Positions 1 to 9,523 of a stretch of 64,000 nucleotides of DNA are shown piece by piece. The stretch's first letter is position 1, and each line of letters opens with the position of its first letter. The position numbers and the translations under genes were made by a program. The notes beneath the pieces are model-generated. The model was given only the letters and a program-made list of their open reading frames with translations. It had not been told where the DNA came from and ran no database searches. The stretch comes from Bacteroidota bacterium (lineage in GTDB: Bacteria > Bacteroidota > Bacteroidia > Bacteroidales > GCA-2748055): NCBI GenBank assembly GCA_039714655.1, contig JBDLIX010000002.1, positions 46,242 through 110,241 on the forward strand, given 5' to 3'.

Positions 1-824
1 GGGAAGTTGATTATACCCAGGATTTTTTCGGACGCCCCACCAATCTCACTGTATCAGGCCAGCTTGAAGGAGAGCTGGGTGCATTGGCACTATCCTCCAT
101 TTACACCTTCGGTCCGACTTTCAGGGCTGAAAATTCAAATACTCCCAGGCATGTGGCTGAGTTTTGGATGATTGAACCTGAAATGGCTTTTTATGACATC
201 CATGACAACATGGACCTGGCAGAAGATTTTCTGAAGTATTTGATCCGATATACACTTGAAAATTGTAAGGACGATCTTGAGTTCTTAAATAAAATGGTAG
301 ATAAGGGGTTGTTGGAAAGACTCAGGTTTGTGCTGGATCATCCATTTGAAAGAAAGAGCTACACCGAAGCCATTGAAATACTCATGCATGCAGACCATAA
401 GTTTGAGTTTCCGGTAGAGTGGGGACTTGACCTGCAGGCTGAACATGAACGTTATCTGGTGGAACAACATTTTAAGCGGCCAGTGATCCTCACAGATTAC
501 CCCAATGAGATCAAATCTTTCTACATGAAGCAAAACGATGATGGAAAAACTGTCAGGGCCATGGATGTACTATTTCCCCTGATAGGTGAGATAATAGGAG
601 GGTCCCAGAGGGAAGAGGTGCTGGAAAAACTACAAAACCGGATGAGGGAGATGGATATTCCTGAGGATGAATTGTGGTGGTATCTGGAAACTCGTAAATT
701 TGGAACTGTAGAACATAGTGGGTTTGGATTGGGATTTGAACGATTAATTATGTTTATTACAGGAATGAGTAATATCAGGGATGTGATCCCATTTCCGCGA
801 ACACCTAAAAGTGCAGAGTTTTAG
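1..824 (+). CDS. asnS: Asparagine--tRNA ligase, C-terminal part (5' end lies outside the window)
   Basis: Frame 3 is open from base 3 and reads ..[66 protein letters not shown]. These are class II aaRS motifs typical of AsnRS. The M at 84 in the ORF track is an internal TTG. Confidence 0.93.
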   Translation, partial: EVDYTQDFFGRPTNLTVSGQLEGELGALALSSIYTFGPTFRAENSNTPRHVAEFWMIEPEMAFYDIHDNMDLAEDFLKYLIRYTLENCKDDLEFLNKMVDKGLLERLRFVLDHPFERKSYTEAIEILMHADHKFEFPVEWGLDLQAEHERYLVEQHFKRPVILTDYPNEIKSFYMKQNDDGKTVRAMDVLFPLIGEIIGGSQREEVLEKLQNRMREMDIPEDELWWYLETRKFGTVEHSGFGLGFERLIMFITGMSNIRDVIPFPRTPKSAEF

Positions 825-834
825 ACCATAATCA

Positions 835-2283
835 ATGCTTAAACAGAGGCTCCAGCAAAAATTGCTTCAAAAGCTATCTCCGCAGCAGATCCAGATGATC
901 AAGCTGCTGGAGATTCCTGCTATTCAGATGGAGCAACGCATAAAAAAAGAACTTGAAGAGAATCCTGTACTGGAAGAGGGGAGCGAGGATCCCTTCAACG
1001 AACCGGAAGAGGTCAAAGAGGAACAGCCGGGCGAGCAGGCAGATGAGTTTTCCCTGGAAGATTATATGCAGGATGATGAGATCCCCAGTTACAGACTGAA
1101 TGCACAGAATTATTCCGCAGACGAGAAGAGGGAAGAGATTCCTTTTACAATGGGAAGCTCTTTCAAGGAACTATTGAAAAGTCAGCTGGGATTGAGGAAA
1201 CTGACTGAAGAGCAGGAGGTATTGGCTGAGTATATCCTTGGAAACATTGACGATGATGGATATTTGAGAAGAGACCTGGAAGCCATTGCTGATGATCTGG
1301 CCTTTTCAACAGGATTGGAACCTTCCTATGAGGTGTTGCATGAGGTTTTGATGGTAGTCCAGGAGTTAGATCCCGCGGGAGTTGGAGCCAGGAATCTCCA
1401 GGAATGTCTCTTGCTTCAGATTGAAAGGAAAGAGGTTGAGCAACCTGTAACCGCATTGGCCCACTCCATCCTGAAAAATCACTTTGAAGAATTTACCAAC
1501 AAACATTATGATAAGATCATTCAACGGCTCAACATTGCCGAGGAGGAGTTAAAAGCTGCCCTGGAGGAGATCCTCAGGCTCAATCCAAAACCCGGAGGAG
1601 CCATGGGAGAGTCACAGGGGAAATCATTTCATCACATTGTGCCTGATTTTATCCTTGAGGAGAGCGAAGGTGAACTTCATCTCTATCTCAATTCAAATAA
1701 TGTTCCCGAATTGAGGGTCAGCAAAACTTATTCGGAGATGTTCGAAAGTTATACTGCCAACAAGGCCTCCGCCACCAGGGATGAAAAAGATGCCATCACT
1801 TTTGTAAAGCAAAAGTTGGATTCGGCCAAATGGTTTATTGATGCCATCAGGCAACGGCAGAATACCATGTTGTTAACCATGAATGCCATCCTCGATTATC
1901 AGAGGGAGTATTTCTACGAAGGGGATGAAATAAGGATGCGTCCCATGATACTGAAGGATATAGCAGACATGACCCACCTGGATATATCCACCATTTCAAG
2001 GGTCGTAAACAGCAAGTATATTCAGACCCATTTTGGAATCTATCCCCTGAAGTATTTCTTTTCGGAAGGGATGCAAACCGAAAGCGGGGAGGAGGTCTCC
2101 ACCCGGGAGATCAAAAAGATCCTGCAGGATTGCATAGACAATGAGGAAAAGCGGAAACCACTAACGGATGACAGGCTTTCGGTCATTCTTAATGAAAAAG
2201 GTTACCAGATTGCCAGAAGAACAGTGGCCAAATACAGGGAGCAGCTGGGTTTACCCGTAGCCAGACTGCGCAAAGAGCTATAA
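835..2283 (+). CDS. rpoN: RNA polymerase sigma-54 factor
   Basis: 482 aa. It has a Gln/Leu-rich N-terminus (LQQKLLQKLSPQQIQMIKLL), an acidic linker and the C-terminal RpoN box ARRTVAKYREQLGLP. Confidence 0.95.
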   Translation: MLKQRLQQKLLQKLSPQQIQMIKLLEIPAIQMEQRIKKELEENPVLEEGSEDPFNEPEEVKEEQPGEQADEFSLEDYMQDDEIPSYRLNAQNYSADEKREEIPFTMGSSFKELLKSQLGLRKLTEEQEVLAEYILGNIDDDGYLRRDLEAIADDLAFSTGLEPSYEVLHEVLMVVQELDPAGVGARNLQECLLLQIERKEVEQPVTALAHSILKNHFEEFTNKHYDKIIQRLNIAEEELKAALEEILRLNPKPGGAMGESQGKSFHHIVPDFILEESEGELHLYLNSNNVPELRVSKTYSEMFESYTANKASATRDEKDAITFVKQKLDSAKWFIDAIRQRQNTMLLTMNAILDYQREYFYEGDEIRMRPMILKDIADMTHLDISTISRVVNSKYIQTHFGIYPLKYFFSEGMQTESGEEVSTREIKKILQDCIDNEEKRKPLTDDRLSVILNEKGYQIARRTVAKYREQLGLPVARLRKEL

Positions 2284-2293
2284 TCAGTAGAAT

Positions 2294-2899
2294 ATGAAGA
2301 GAGCGGCCCCTGTGATCTCAACCATCTTTCACCCCCTGATCATGCCCACCCTTGGGCTGTTACTCCTATTGAATTCCGGAACCTATGTATCCCTCATGGA
2401 TCCGGCAGCAAAACGAGCCATCCTGTTTGTGATGGCGCTTGGGACCCTTTTTTTTCCATTGATCATGGTTCCAATCCTCTATTACCGGAACCTGGTTACC
2501 AATTTGCAAGTTGCCACCCGAGAGGAGCGTTTAATTCCCCAGCTGATCATCATGATCCTCTATATCATTACATTTATATATTTTGCACGACTTCCGGTAA
2601 ACAGGATGATCCATGCGTATGTTTTGTCGGTGGCGGTCACTCTGTTTTTTGTGCTCATATTGAATTTAAGATTCAAGGTCTGCCTCCATACCGTTGCACT
2701 GGGTGGAATGACCGGACTGATTATTGCCCTGATCTTGCGATATGATACTCCATTGCAGGGAGTCCTGATGCTTACCTTACTGGCAGCAGGATTGACTGGA
2801 AGTGCAAGAGTGGCAATGGGAACGCAGCCTCCGGGCGGGATTTATGCCGGGTATATGGTGGGCTTTGGGGTTGTATTGATCACTCTGCTGGTTTACTAG
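2294..2899 (+). CDS. Polytopic membrane protein of unknown function (possibly a degenerate PAP2-like fold)
   Basis: 201 aa, about 6 hydrophobic segments, 10 nt after rpoN. The PAP2 resemblance (..SARVAMG..) is weak and the catalytic His is not evident. Confidence 0.55.
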   Translation: MKRAAPVISTIFHPLIMPTLGLLLLLNSGTYVSLMDPAAKRAILFVMALGTLFFPLIMVPILYYRNLVTNLQVATREERLIPQLIIMILYIITFIYFARLPVNRMIHAYVLSVAVTLFFVLILNLRFKVCLHTVALGGMTGLIIALILRYDTPLQGVLMLTLLAAGLTGSARVAMGTQPPGGIYAGYMVGFGVVLITLLVY

Positions 2900-3257
2900 C
2901 TCTATTCTCCTTGTCATTCTCATCAAGCATTACATTGAGCTTAATAAGCACCTCATTGTACACCTGGTCCAGCAGATCGGGATTTCTACTGTATTCTGTC
3001 ATGGTGGTGTCGAACATTACCTGAGTAATTCCGTATTTGTCCAGGATCGGATTCAACAGGTCAATGCTGTCTGCATCATATCGACGGTGAAATTTCCGGT
3101 CGTTGGTAATGCCATCCACCATGTGAATATCCACCAGCACATCCACCAATACTTCCTGGGGAATAAATTCCTTACCGGAGATGCTCTTTCTCTTATTACA
3201 TCCTGAAAAAGCAATCACCGAGACAATCAGAAGAAGAGTTGGAACACGATACCTCAT
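2880..3257 (-). CDS. Small lipoprotein (DUF4296-like)
   Basis: 125 aa with the signal/lipobox VIAFSGC. It is last in the adhesin-PorP/SprF gene string. Its 3' end overlaps the convergent membrane-protein gene by 20 nt. Confidence 0.6.
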   Translation of the reverse strand: MRYRVPTLLLIVSVIAFSGCNKRKSISGKEFIPQEVLVDVLVDIHMVDGITNDRKFHRRYDADSIDLLNPILDKYGITQVMFDTTMTEYSRNPDLLDQVYNEVLIKLNVMLDENDKENRASKPAE

Positions 3258-3262
3258 GGCCG

Positions 3263-4159
3263 CTACTTGATGTCATTAAAACGATAACCAATCATGATTT
3301 CATGTGTCCCGGTATTATATTTTCTAATGGCGGAAATGCCAATGTCATAAGCGTATCCGAATAGGAGCGTCTCTTCATGGCTGTATCCCAGCATGATTCC
3401 AATGGCTTCATGATAGCGATAAGAGAGAGCACCCCACACCATCTTATTCCACTCGGTTCTGGCTGTCACATCGAAACTCAACTCTTTTGGAGCTGTTCCT
3501 TTGACCATGATCGATGGCTCCAATATCCAATCCTGGTCCACCTCGAACCGGTATGCACCAATGAGGTTGAAATGGGTTTTTAACCGGTTCAATCCATTTT
3601 TGTTATCAAAGATCTTAATGTTATTGTTCAACAGCTGTGCGGCTGAAATCCCAAGGTAGAAATCATCTGCATAGAGGTAAGCTCCGATTCCTGCATCGGG
3701 GAGGTAAGTGGTGCTGACCATCTGGAGTAGCGCTACATCGGAAACATCTCTTGGATTCAGTTGAGTTCCGTCGATGCGGAACTGCATCATGCTGGCCGAG
3801 ATTCCCATTGAAAGCCGGATATCACCCGAGATCGCAATGTTATATGCATAAGATCCTGTAATTCCGGTCCTGCTGGTGGGACCCGTTACATCATTGTATA
3901 CATACCCCCCATATCCCATGTCCAGATTGGCATGGGGACCATAAAATGCAATTGAATTGGTCAGGGGAGGATCCATAAGCCCAACCCATTGAAACCTGTG
4001 GTTGGTTCTGATCTGGTAAAAATCATGTACCCCGGCAATGGCCGGATTGATCACGAAATCGTTGAACATGTACTGGGTATATTGGGGCAATTGCTGTCCC
4101 TGAAGAGCCGTCGAACCCGTCACGATGGCTAATAGAATAATGTATGTAACTCTTCTCAT
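3263..4159 (-). CDS. PorP/SprF-family T9SS outer-membrane protein (cognate partner of the upstream adhesin)
   Basis: 298 aa. A signal peptide is followed by QGQQLPQYTQYMFNDFVINPAIAG, the typical PorP/SprF N-terminus. The C-terminus is beta-barrel-like (..HEIMIGYRF). The start is 1 nt after the adhesin stop. Confidence 0.88.
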   Translation of the reverse strand: MRRVTYIILLAIVTGSTALQGQQLPQYTQYMFNDFVINPAIAGVHDFYQIRTNHRFQWVGLMDPPLTNSIAFYGPHANLDMGYGGYVYNDVTGPTSRTGITGSYAYNIAISGDIRLSMGISASMMQFRIDGTQLNPRDVSDVALLQMVSTTYLPDAGIGAYLYADDFYLGISAAQLLNNNIKIFDNKNGLNRLKTHFNLIGAYRFEVDQDWILEPSIMVKGTAPKELSFDVTARTEWNKMVWGALSYRYHEAIGIMLGYSHEETLLFGYAYDIGISAIRKYNTGTHEIMIGYRFNDIK

Positions 4160-4160
4160 A

Positions 4161-7100
4161 CTACCTGATTATCGTTACGGTCCCAGTAATGGGTTTCGCT
4201 CCACTGTACGGGATAATTACATAATAGTAGGATCCAACAGGTGCATCTTTTCCACGTGCTGTTCCGTCCCACCTGCTTCCACTGTTATAACCCACCGAGG
4301 AATAGAACTGATCACCCCAGCGGCTGTAAACTTCCACCAGTATATCCGGGAAGCTCTCAGAGTTCTTAATTTCAAAATAGTCATTGACCCCATCACCGTT
4401 TGGAGAGAACACGTTGTATACAGTTAAGTCCTCAATCACTTCGATAAATAGTGAATCCACCTCTTCACATCCAAACTCATTGGTTCCATAAACATAGTAC
4501 CTGATCGACTCAAAGAGTGTGGCTAAAGGATCGGGAGTGGTGCTGTTGTCAAGACCGGTGGTTGGCTCCCACCTGTAGTCACTGAAAGGTCCGCCGGTTG
4601 CTTCCAGTTGAATGGAGGATCCGGAAAACATAATGGTATCTTCAGTAGCTTCAATACCCGTAAGCGGAAAGAGTGTCACTGTGATGGAATCCCGGTTGTA
4701 GCAACCATAAGGGCTGGTCTCCTCTGTGATTGTAAGCACAAAGGTGGTGGATTCGGTAATCCCGTTGGTAATCGGATTTGCAATGGTTGTATCCACAATA
4801 AAAGGGGACGGGTCCCAGGCCGGGGTATGGCCTCCAAGACCGTTTAACTGAATGGATTCACCATAACAAATGGTGGTATCCTCACCTGCATTGGCTTCCA
4901 CAATCAAAAAGCTGTTAACGTTGAATGTGTCGTTACGGGTACAATTATTGCTATCCCTTGTTTCCAGGGTATAGATGCCAGCTACGATATTGGAGCGGTC
5001 CTCTTCAACGCTGCCATCCGACCACAGGAACGAGTAAGCTCCAGAACCTCCCGACACTGTAATATCAATGGCTCCTGTTTCACTGAAAGCATTACACCAC
5101 GCTGGTGTGATATTCTGGTTGAGAAGAATTTCAGTGGGTTCTGTGAGGGTAGTTACACCGGTAAATACTTTGCCCATTTCGTCCCTGGCAATCAGATAAT
5201 AAGTGCTGTTTCCCGGAAGGTTCTCAAATAGTGCAGTTGAAACATAATTCATTCCGCTGTCAATGGAATACTCCACCCATCCCTCGGCATCCTGGGGGAC
5301 AAACTCGATGGTTCCGTCTACCTCTCCAAAACAGCTTACATGGGTTATATTGACAATCACATCCAGGGGTGGTACATCAAGGATGTCAACCATTGTGTCG
5401 TAGGTACAGCTGTTCAGATCCCTGATGATCACATGGTAAGTAGCAGCTTCTAAATCGCTGTAGAACGTATCACCGGTGAATGTCCCGGTATCACCCCCTA
5501 TGGTATACTGATAGGGGGGTGTTCCACCGGTGGATTCTGTGATGAGAATGGAGCCAAGGTTACCATAGATGGCATCTGTTTTTGTAATGGTGGCCATGAC
5601 CGGATCTGGTTCATTGAGCGTGACAGGCTCTGTAACTGAGCAACCAGCTTCATCCCTGAGGGTAACCGTATAGGGGCCAGCAGACAGGTTATTGAAAGCG
5701 CCGGTGGGTTGGTAAACAAGACCATCCAATGAATACTCCAGGTTGCCCGTTCCTCCACTACCAACCGCATCGATTGCTCCGGTGGTATCACCCGAACAAC
5801 TGGTTATATCAGTGGTGGTTACCGATAGGGAGAGTAATGGTGGATCTGTCATAACAATTGAGCCTCCATAGACCGTGCATACGTTTGCATCCCTGATGTA
5901 TATTTCATAGGTAGCCGGGGTCAGTCCGGTAGAGAGGCTGTCGGCCGACCAACTGCCCTGGTTGTCAAAGGAGTATTCGTAGGGACGAACTCCACCGGAA
6001 ACATAAATGCTGATACTGCCATCGCCTGCTCCGTTGCAACTGATGTTGTCATAGAGCAGTGAATCAATGATCAGGGCAGGGGGATCAGTGATCGAAAATG
6101 GTGAAGAGTCAACCGGACCGCAACCGGCCGCATCGCTGACAGATACAGTATAAGTACCGGGCATTAATCCGTTAAATACGCCTGTTCCATTGGATACGGC
6201 TCCGGGATTGAGTGTGAAGTTCAGAGGAGCCGTTCCACCTGAGGCTGCGATCTGGATAATACCATCATTGGCTCCCGAACAGGTAATATCGGTAAATTGC
6301 TCGGTCAGGATCGCAATAACTGAAGGTTCTGCAATGGAGAAGAGTGTATCCAGGGTACAATCATTGACATCTTTCAGGGTTAAGGTATGACTCCCTGCCA
6401 GAAGCCCGTTAAAGGTCCCACTGGCCTGGTACGCTCCTCCATCCAACGAAAATGTAAAGGCTCCTGTCCCTCCTGATCCTGCCACCACCACTGAACCGGT
6501 CGCGTCACCATTGCATCCCGTTACATCGGTTACGGTCAAATTGTCCACCACAATCTCCGGTGTATGGAGGGTCACCAGGTCGGGATAAGTTGCAAAACAC
6601 CCGTTCACATCGATAACAGTCAGGGAATAAGTATCGGCCAACAGTCCTGTTGGATCCTCGTCGGTAGAGATGGTGATCCCTGAACCATTGGTCCAGTCGA
6701 AAGAGAATGGAGCTGTACCTCCGGTCACATCGATCTGGATGGATCCGTTGGCATCCCCATAACAAAGCACATCCTCATGAGATATATAGGAGGCGACAAG
6801 TGGAGTTGGGTCAATGATGGTCTCCTGGTCAGGAAAGCTGACCACGCATCCTTTGCCGTCTGTGATGGTTAAACTATAGCTGCCGGCAGCAAGTCCTGAA
6901 ATATCCTCCAATGTGGAAGTATAACCTGAAGGACCCGACCAGGCATATGTGTAGGGTAGGGTTCCGCCTGTAACAGTAATATCAATGGCTCCGTCTGTTA
7001 ATCCACCACAGGAGATATCTGTTTTCACTGAAGATACCTGGATCTCGGCAGGCCCAAGGAGTGTGACAATGTCTGTAAATGTTTCGGAGCAGAGGTTGGC

Positions 7101-9371
7101 GTCTGTCACTGTCACACTATACGCACCAGTTTCAAGTCCCGACAGATCTTCGGTGGAGGCAGTAAATCCTCCCGGACCTGTCCAGGCAAACGTATAGGGA
7201 GGAGTTCCGCCCGAAGGAGTGAGATCAATGGAACCATTGTCAGCCCCAAAGCAGTCAATATCCACCTGTGATGCAGTGGCACTGATGGCCGGGGGTTGAT
7301 TAAGAGTCTGAACAGGCATCACCTGTACACACCCCAGATCATCGGTCACCGTGAGTTGGTAGTCACCAGCAATCAGACCGGAAATATTTTTTTGGGAGGA
7401 GGTAAACCCGGAAGGACCGGTCCAGCTGTATGAATAGCTGGTTTTTCCTCCTGATATTTTCGGATTCAGTGCGCCATCGGAACCGCCATTGCATGTGACA
7501 TCAGTGATATTGAATGTGGCTGTGATGGGGCTGTTTTCAGCAATGGTTGCCACGTTGCTGAAAACGGTGGAACACCCGTTTGCATCGGAGAGGGTGAGGC
7601 TGTAGTCACCTGCTTCCAGGTTCAGAATGTCCTCTGTGGTTGCAGTGAAACCATTAGGTCCGGTCCATGAAAAGGCGTAGACAGGAGTGCCACCCGAAGG
7701 TGTTATATTGATGACACCGGTGGCAGCCCCGTTGCAATCCACATCAGTAATATCATCTACGGTCACCGCCAGTTCGGCAGGTTCACTGATGATAACCAGA
7801 TCATTGAAATTCAGAATACAACCATTGTTATCTGTGACCACAAGGTCATAGGTATCAGCTACTAGGTCGTTGGGGTCTTCCATTGCGGATGAATGGCCGG
7901 ATCCGTCACCGGTCCAGCTAAAGCTATAAGGGGAAACCCCTCCGCTTACAGTGACATTGGCAGCGCCATCATTCCCTCCAAAACAAGAGACATCACTGCT
8001 TCCATCCAATATAAAAATGAGGGGAGTTGGTTCGGTGATGGTAAATAGTGAGGAAAAAAGCTGGTTGCATCCACGAGAATCGGTGATAACGAGGGAGTAC
8101 TCATCGGCCGGCATGTTCACAGGATCTTCATCTGTGGAAGTATAGCCTGATGTGGCACCCGACCAGGAAAATGTATAGGGAGGAGTACCTCCACCCGGAG
8201 AAATATTGGCTGAGCCATCATTCCCTCCGGAACAGGAGACATTGGTGGTGCCATCCACCAGGATGCTAAAAGGCAAAGGTTCATCGATGGTGACAAATGA
8301 ATTATAAGTTTTTGAGCAACCATTGGCATCAGACAGCGTCAGGTCGTAAATATCAGCCACCAGATTTGTGGGATCTTCGTCCGTATAGATAAAACCAGTG
8401 ACCTGGCCTTCCCATGTGTAGGTAAAACCTCCTGCACCACCACCAGCAGTAATCTGAGCGCTACCATCGTTTCCTCCATTGCAGGTGACATCGATGGAAT
8501 TGTTCAATACTACTGTTATTTCAGGAGGTTGAGTGATGTTGAAGGGACCCGCATTGGCCGAACATAAGTTTTCGTCATAGACTGTAACTGAGTAATCACC
8601 TGCTTCAAGGTTTGTGATATCTTCCAAACTGGAGGTAAATCCAGCCGGTCCTGTCCAATCATATGTATATCCGCTTCCCATTCCTGCGGGTGTACCCCCG
8701 GAAGGAGTGATGGCAATGGAGCCTGTATTGTCTCCAAAACAGAGCAGATTGGTCACATTGTCCAGTGCGATGGAAACAATAGTGGGATTATTTATAGTCA
8801 ATAGGGGAGTTATATCGGTGGAGGGACAACCATCCTGATCGCTCACAAGGACCGTATAATCTCCCTGGGGAAGCCCTGAAAAGAATCCGCTTGTATTACT
8901 CTGGTTGACCGGTCCGGTGAGATCGAAAACAAAATTGCCTTGTTCACCGGCGGCAGCTACAGTAATGGTCCCGTCATTTGCTCCGTTACAGGTAATATCG
9001 GTAGCCATATAGGAAGTGATGGAGATGACGTCAGGGCCATCGATGCCAACAAAGGCGACATCATCACTTGTATCATCGTCCTGGTCCGAAACGATGATGA
9101 TGTAGCTGGCAAATCTATCATGTCCGGTAAAGGTAAAAGTCTGAGAAGGAATGGGACCGACATTTTCAACGGGGAATCCGGCCCTCACAAGTAAATAGGT
9201 ATAAAATCCATCCCCCCCGGTTATGGTAACGGTAATGGTGCCGTCCGATCCTCCTCCGCAGGTAACTGGTGTGGTTGTAATGTTTGTGATAACCACATCC
9301 TGCCCCTGTAAGGATATCACTGATGAAAGAATGACTAAGATCGAAAAGATTGAATTCCTGAATATTTTCAT
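4161..9371 (-). CDS. Giant SprB-repeat cell-surface adhesin with a T9SS type-B (gliding-motility-associated) C-terminal sorting domain
   Basis: 1736 aa with a signal peptide. It has about 18 repeats of the form C.G..DG.I.....GGT.PY.F.W.G. The C-terminus reads YNVFSPNGDGVNDYFEI...WGDQFY...WDGTARGKDAPVGSYYYVI, characteristic of type-B T9SS CTDs. Confidence 0.9.
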   Translation of the reverse strand: MKIFRNSIFSILVILSSVISLQGQDVVITNITTTPVTCGGGSDGTITVTITGGDGFYTYLLVRAGFPVENVGPIPSQTFTFTGHDRFASYIIIVSDQDDDTSDDVAFVGIDGPDVISITSYMATDITCNGANDGTITVAAAGEQGNFVFDLTGPVNQSNTSGFFSGLPQGDYTVLVSDQDGCPSTDITPLLTINNPTIVSIALDNVTNLLCFGDNTGSIAITPSGGTPAGMGSGYTYDWTGPAGFTSSLEDITNLEAGDYSVTVYDENLCSANAGPFNITQPPEITVVLNNSIDVTCNGGNDGSAQITAGGGAGGFTYTWEGQVTGFIYTDEDPTNLVADIYDLTLSDANGCSKTYNSFVTIDEPLPFSILVDGTTNVSCSGGNDGSANISPGGGTPPYTFSWSGATSGYTSTDEDPVNMPADEYSLVITDSRGCNQLFSSLFTITEPTPLIFILDGSSDVSCFGGNDGAANVTVSGGVSPYSFSWTGDGSGHSSAMEDPNDLVADTYDLVVTDNNGCILNFNDLVIISEPAELAVTVDDITDVDCNGAATGVINITPSGGTPVYAFSWTGPNGFTATTEDILNLEAGDYSLTLSDANGCSTVFSNVATIAENSPITATFNITDVTCNGGSDGALNPKISGGKTSYSYSWTGPSGFTSSQKNISGLIAGDYQLTVTDDLGCVQVMPVQTLNQPPAISATASQVDIDCFGADNGSIDLTPSGGTPPYTFAWTGPGGFTASTEDLSGLETGAYSVTVTDANLCSETFTDIVTLLGPAEIQVSSVKTDISCGGLTDGAIDITVTGGTLPYTYAWSGPSGYTSTLEDISGLAAGSYSLTITDGKGCVVSFPDQETIIDPTPLVASYISHEDVLCYGDANGSIQIDVTGGTAPFSFDWTNGSGITISTDEDPTGLLADTYSLTVIDVNGCFATYPDLVTLHTPEIVVDNLTVTDVTGCNGDATGSVVVAGSGGTGAFTFSLDGGAYQASGTFNGLLAGSHTLTLKDVNDCTLDTLFSIAEPSVIAILTEQFTDITCSGANDGIIQIAASGGTAPLNFTLNPGAVSNGTGVFNGLMPGTYTVSVSDAAGCGPVDSSPFSITDPPALIIDSLLYDNISCNGAGDGSISIYVSGGVRPYEYSFDNQGSWSADSLSTGLTPATYEIYIRDANVCTVYGGSIVMTDPPLLSLSVTTTDITSCSGDTTGAIDAVGSGGTGNLEYSLDGLVYQPTGAFNNLSAGPYTVTLRDEAGCSVTEPVTLNEPDPVMATITKTDAIYGNLGSILITESTGGTPPYQYTIGGDTGTFTGDTFYSDLEAATYHVIIRDLNSCTYDTMVDILDVPPLDVIVNITHVSCFGEVDGTIEFVPQDAEGWVEYSIDSGMNYVSTALFENLPGNSTYYLIARDEMGKVFTGVTTLTEPTEILLNQNITPAWCNAFSETGAIDITVSGGSGAYSFLWSDGSVEEDRSNIVAGIYTLETRDSNNCTRNDTFNVNSFLIVEANAGEDTTICYGESIQLNGLGGHTPAWDPSPFIVDTTIANPITNGITESTTFVLTITEETSPYGCYNRDSITVTLFPLTGIEATEDTIMFSGSSIQLEATGGPFSDYRWEPTTGLDNSTTPDPLATLFESIRYYVYGTNEFGCEEVDSLFIEVIEDLTVYNVFSPNGDGVNDYFEIKNSESFPDILVEVYSRWGDQFYSSVGYNSGSRWDGTARGKDAPVGSYYYVIIPYSGAKPITGTVTIIR

Positions 9372-9523
9372 TCGTAACTATCTCGTTATTTAATACCTGA
9401 TACTCACTTATCAGCTGATATCTACAATACTGTTCTACGCTGCAATTGGTTGCAGGTAGGACAATATTACTTCTCAGATGGATATAAAATTAGATGATCT
9501 TAAGATAGGAGATGTACAAAGTT

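Noticed and set aside
9212-9218. G7 (C7 on the plus strand) run near the 5' end of the giant adhesin gene as a phase-variation switch
   Set aside because: Seven residues is below the length at which slippage is usually significant. The tract simply encodes Gly-Gly within a SprB repeat (ITGGDG).
4161-9371. Periodic structure of the adhesin gene as a possible CRISPR array or tandem DNA repeat
   Set aside because: The periodicity (~75-80 codons) is at protein level (SprB repeats). The DNA copies are diverged and there is no spacer-repeat architecture. No cas genes are present.
9440-9455. Hairpin ctgcaa-ttgg-ttgcag as a terminator of the rbfA / methyltransferase / LolE operon
   Set aside because: The stem is only 6 bp with no U-tract on the minus strand, which is indistinguishable from chance.
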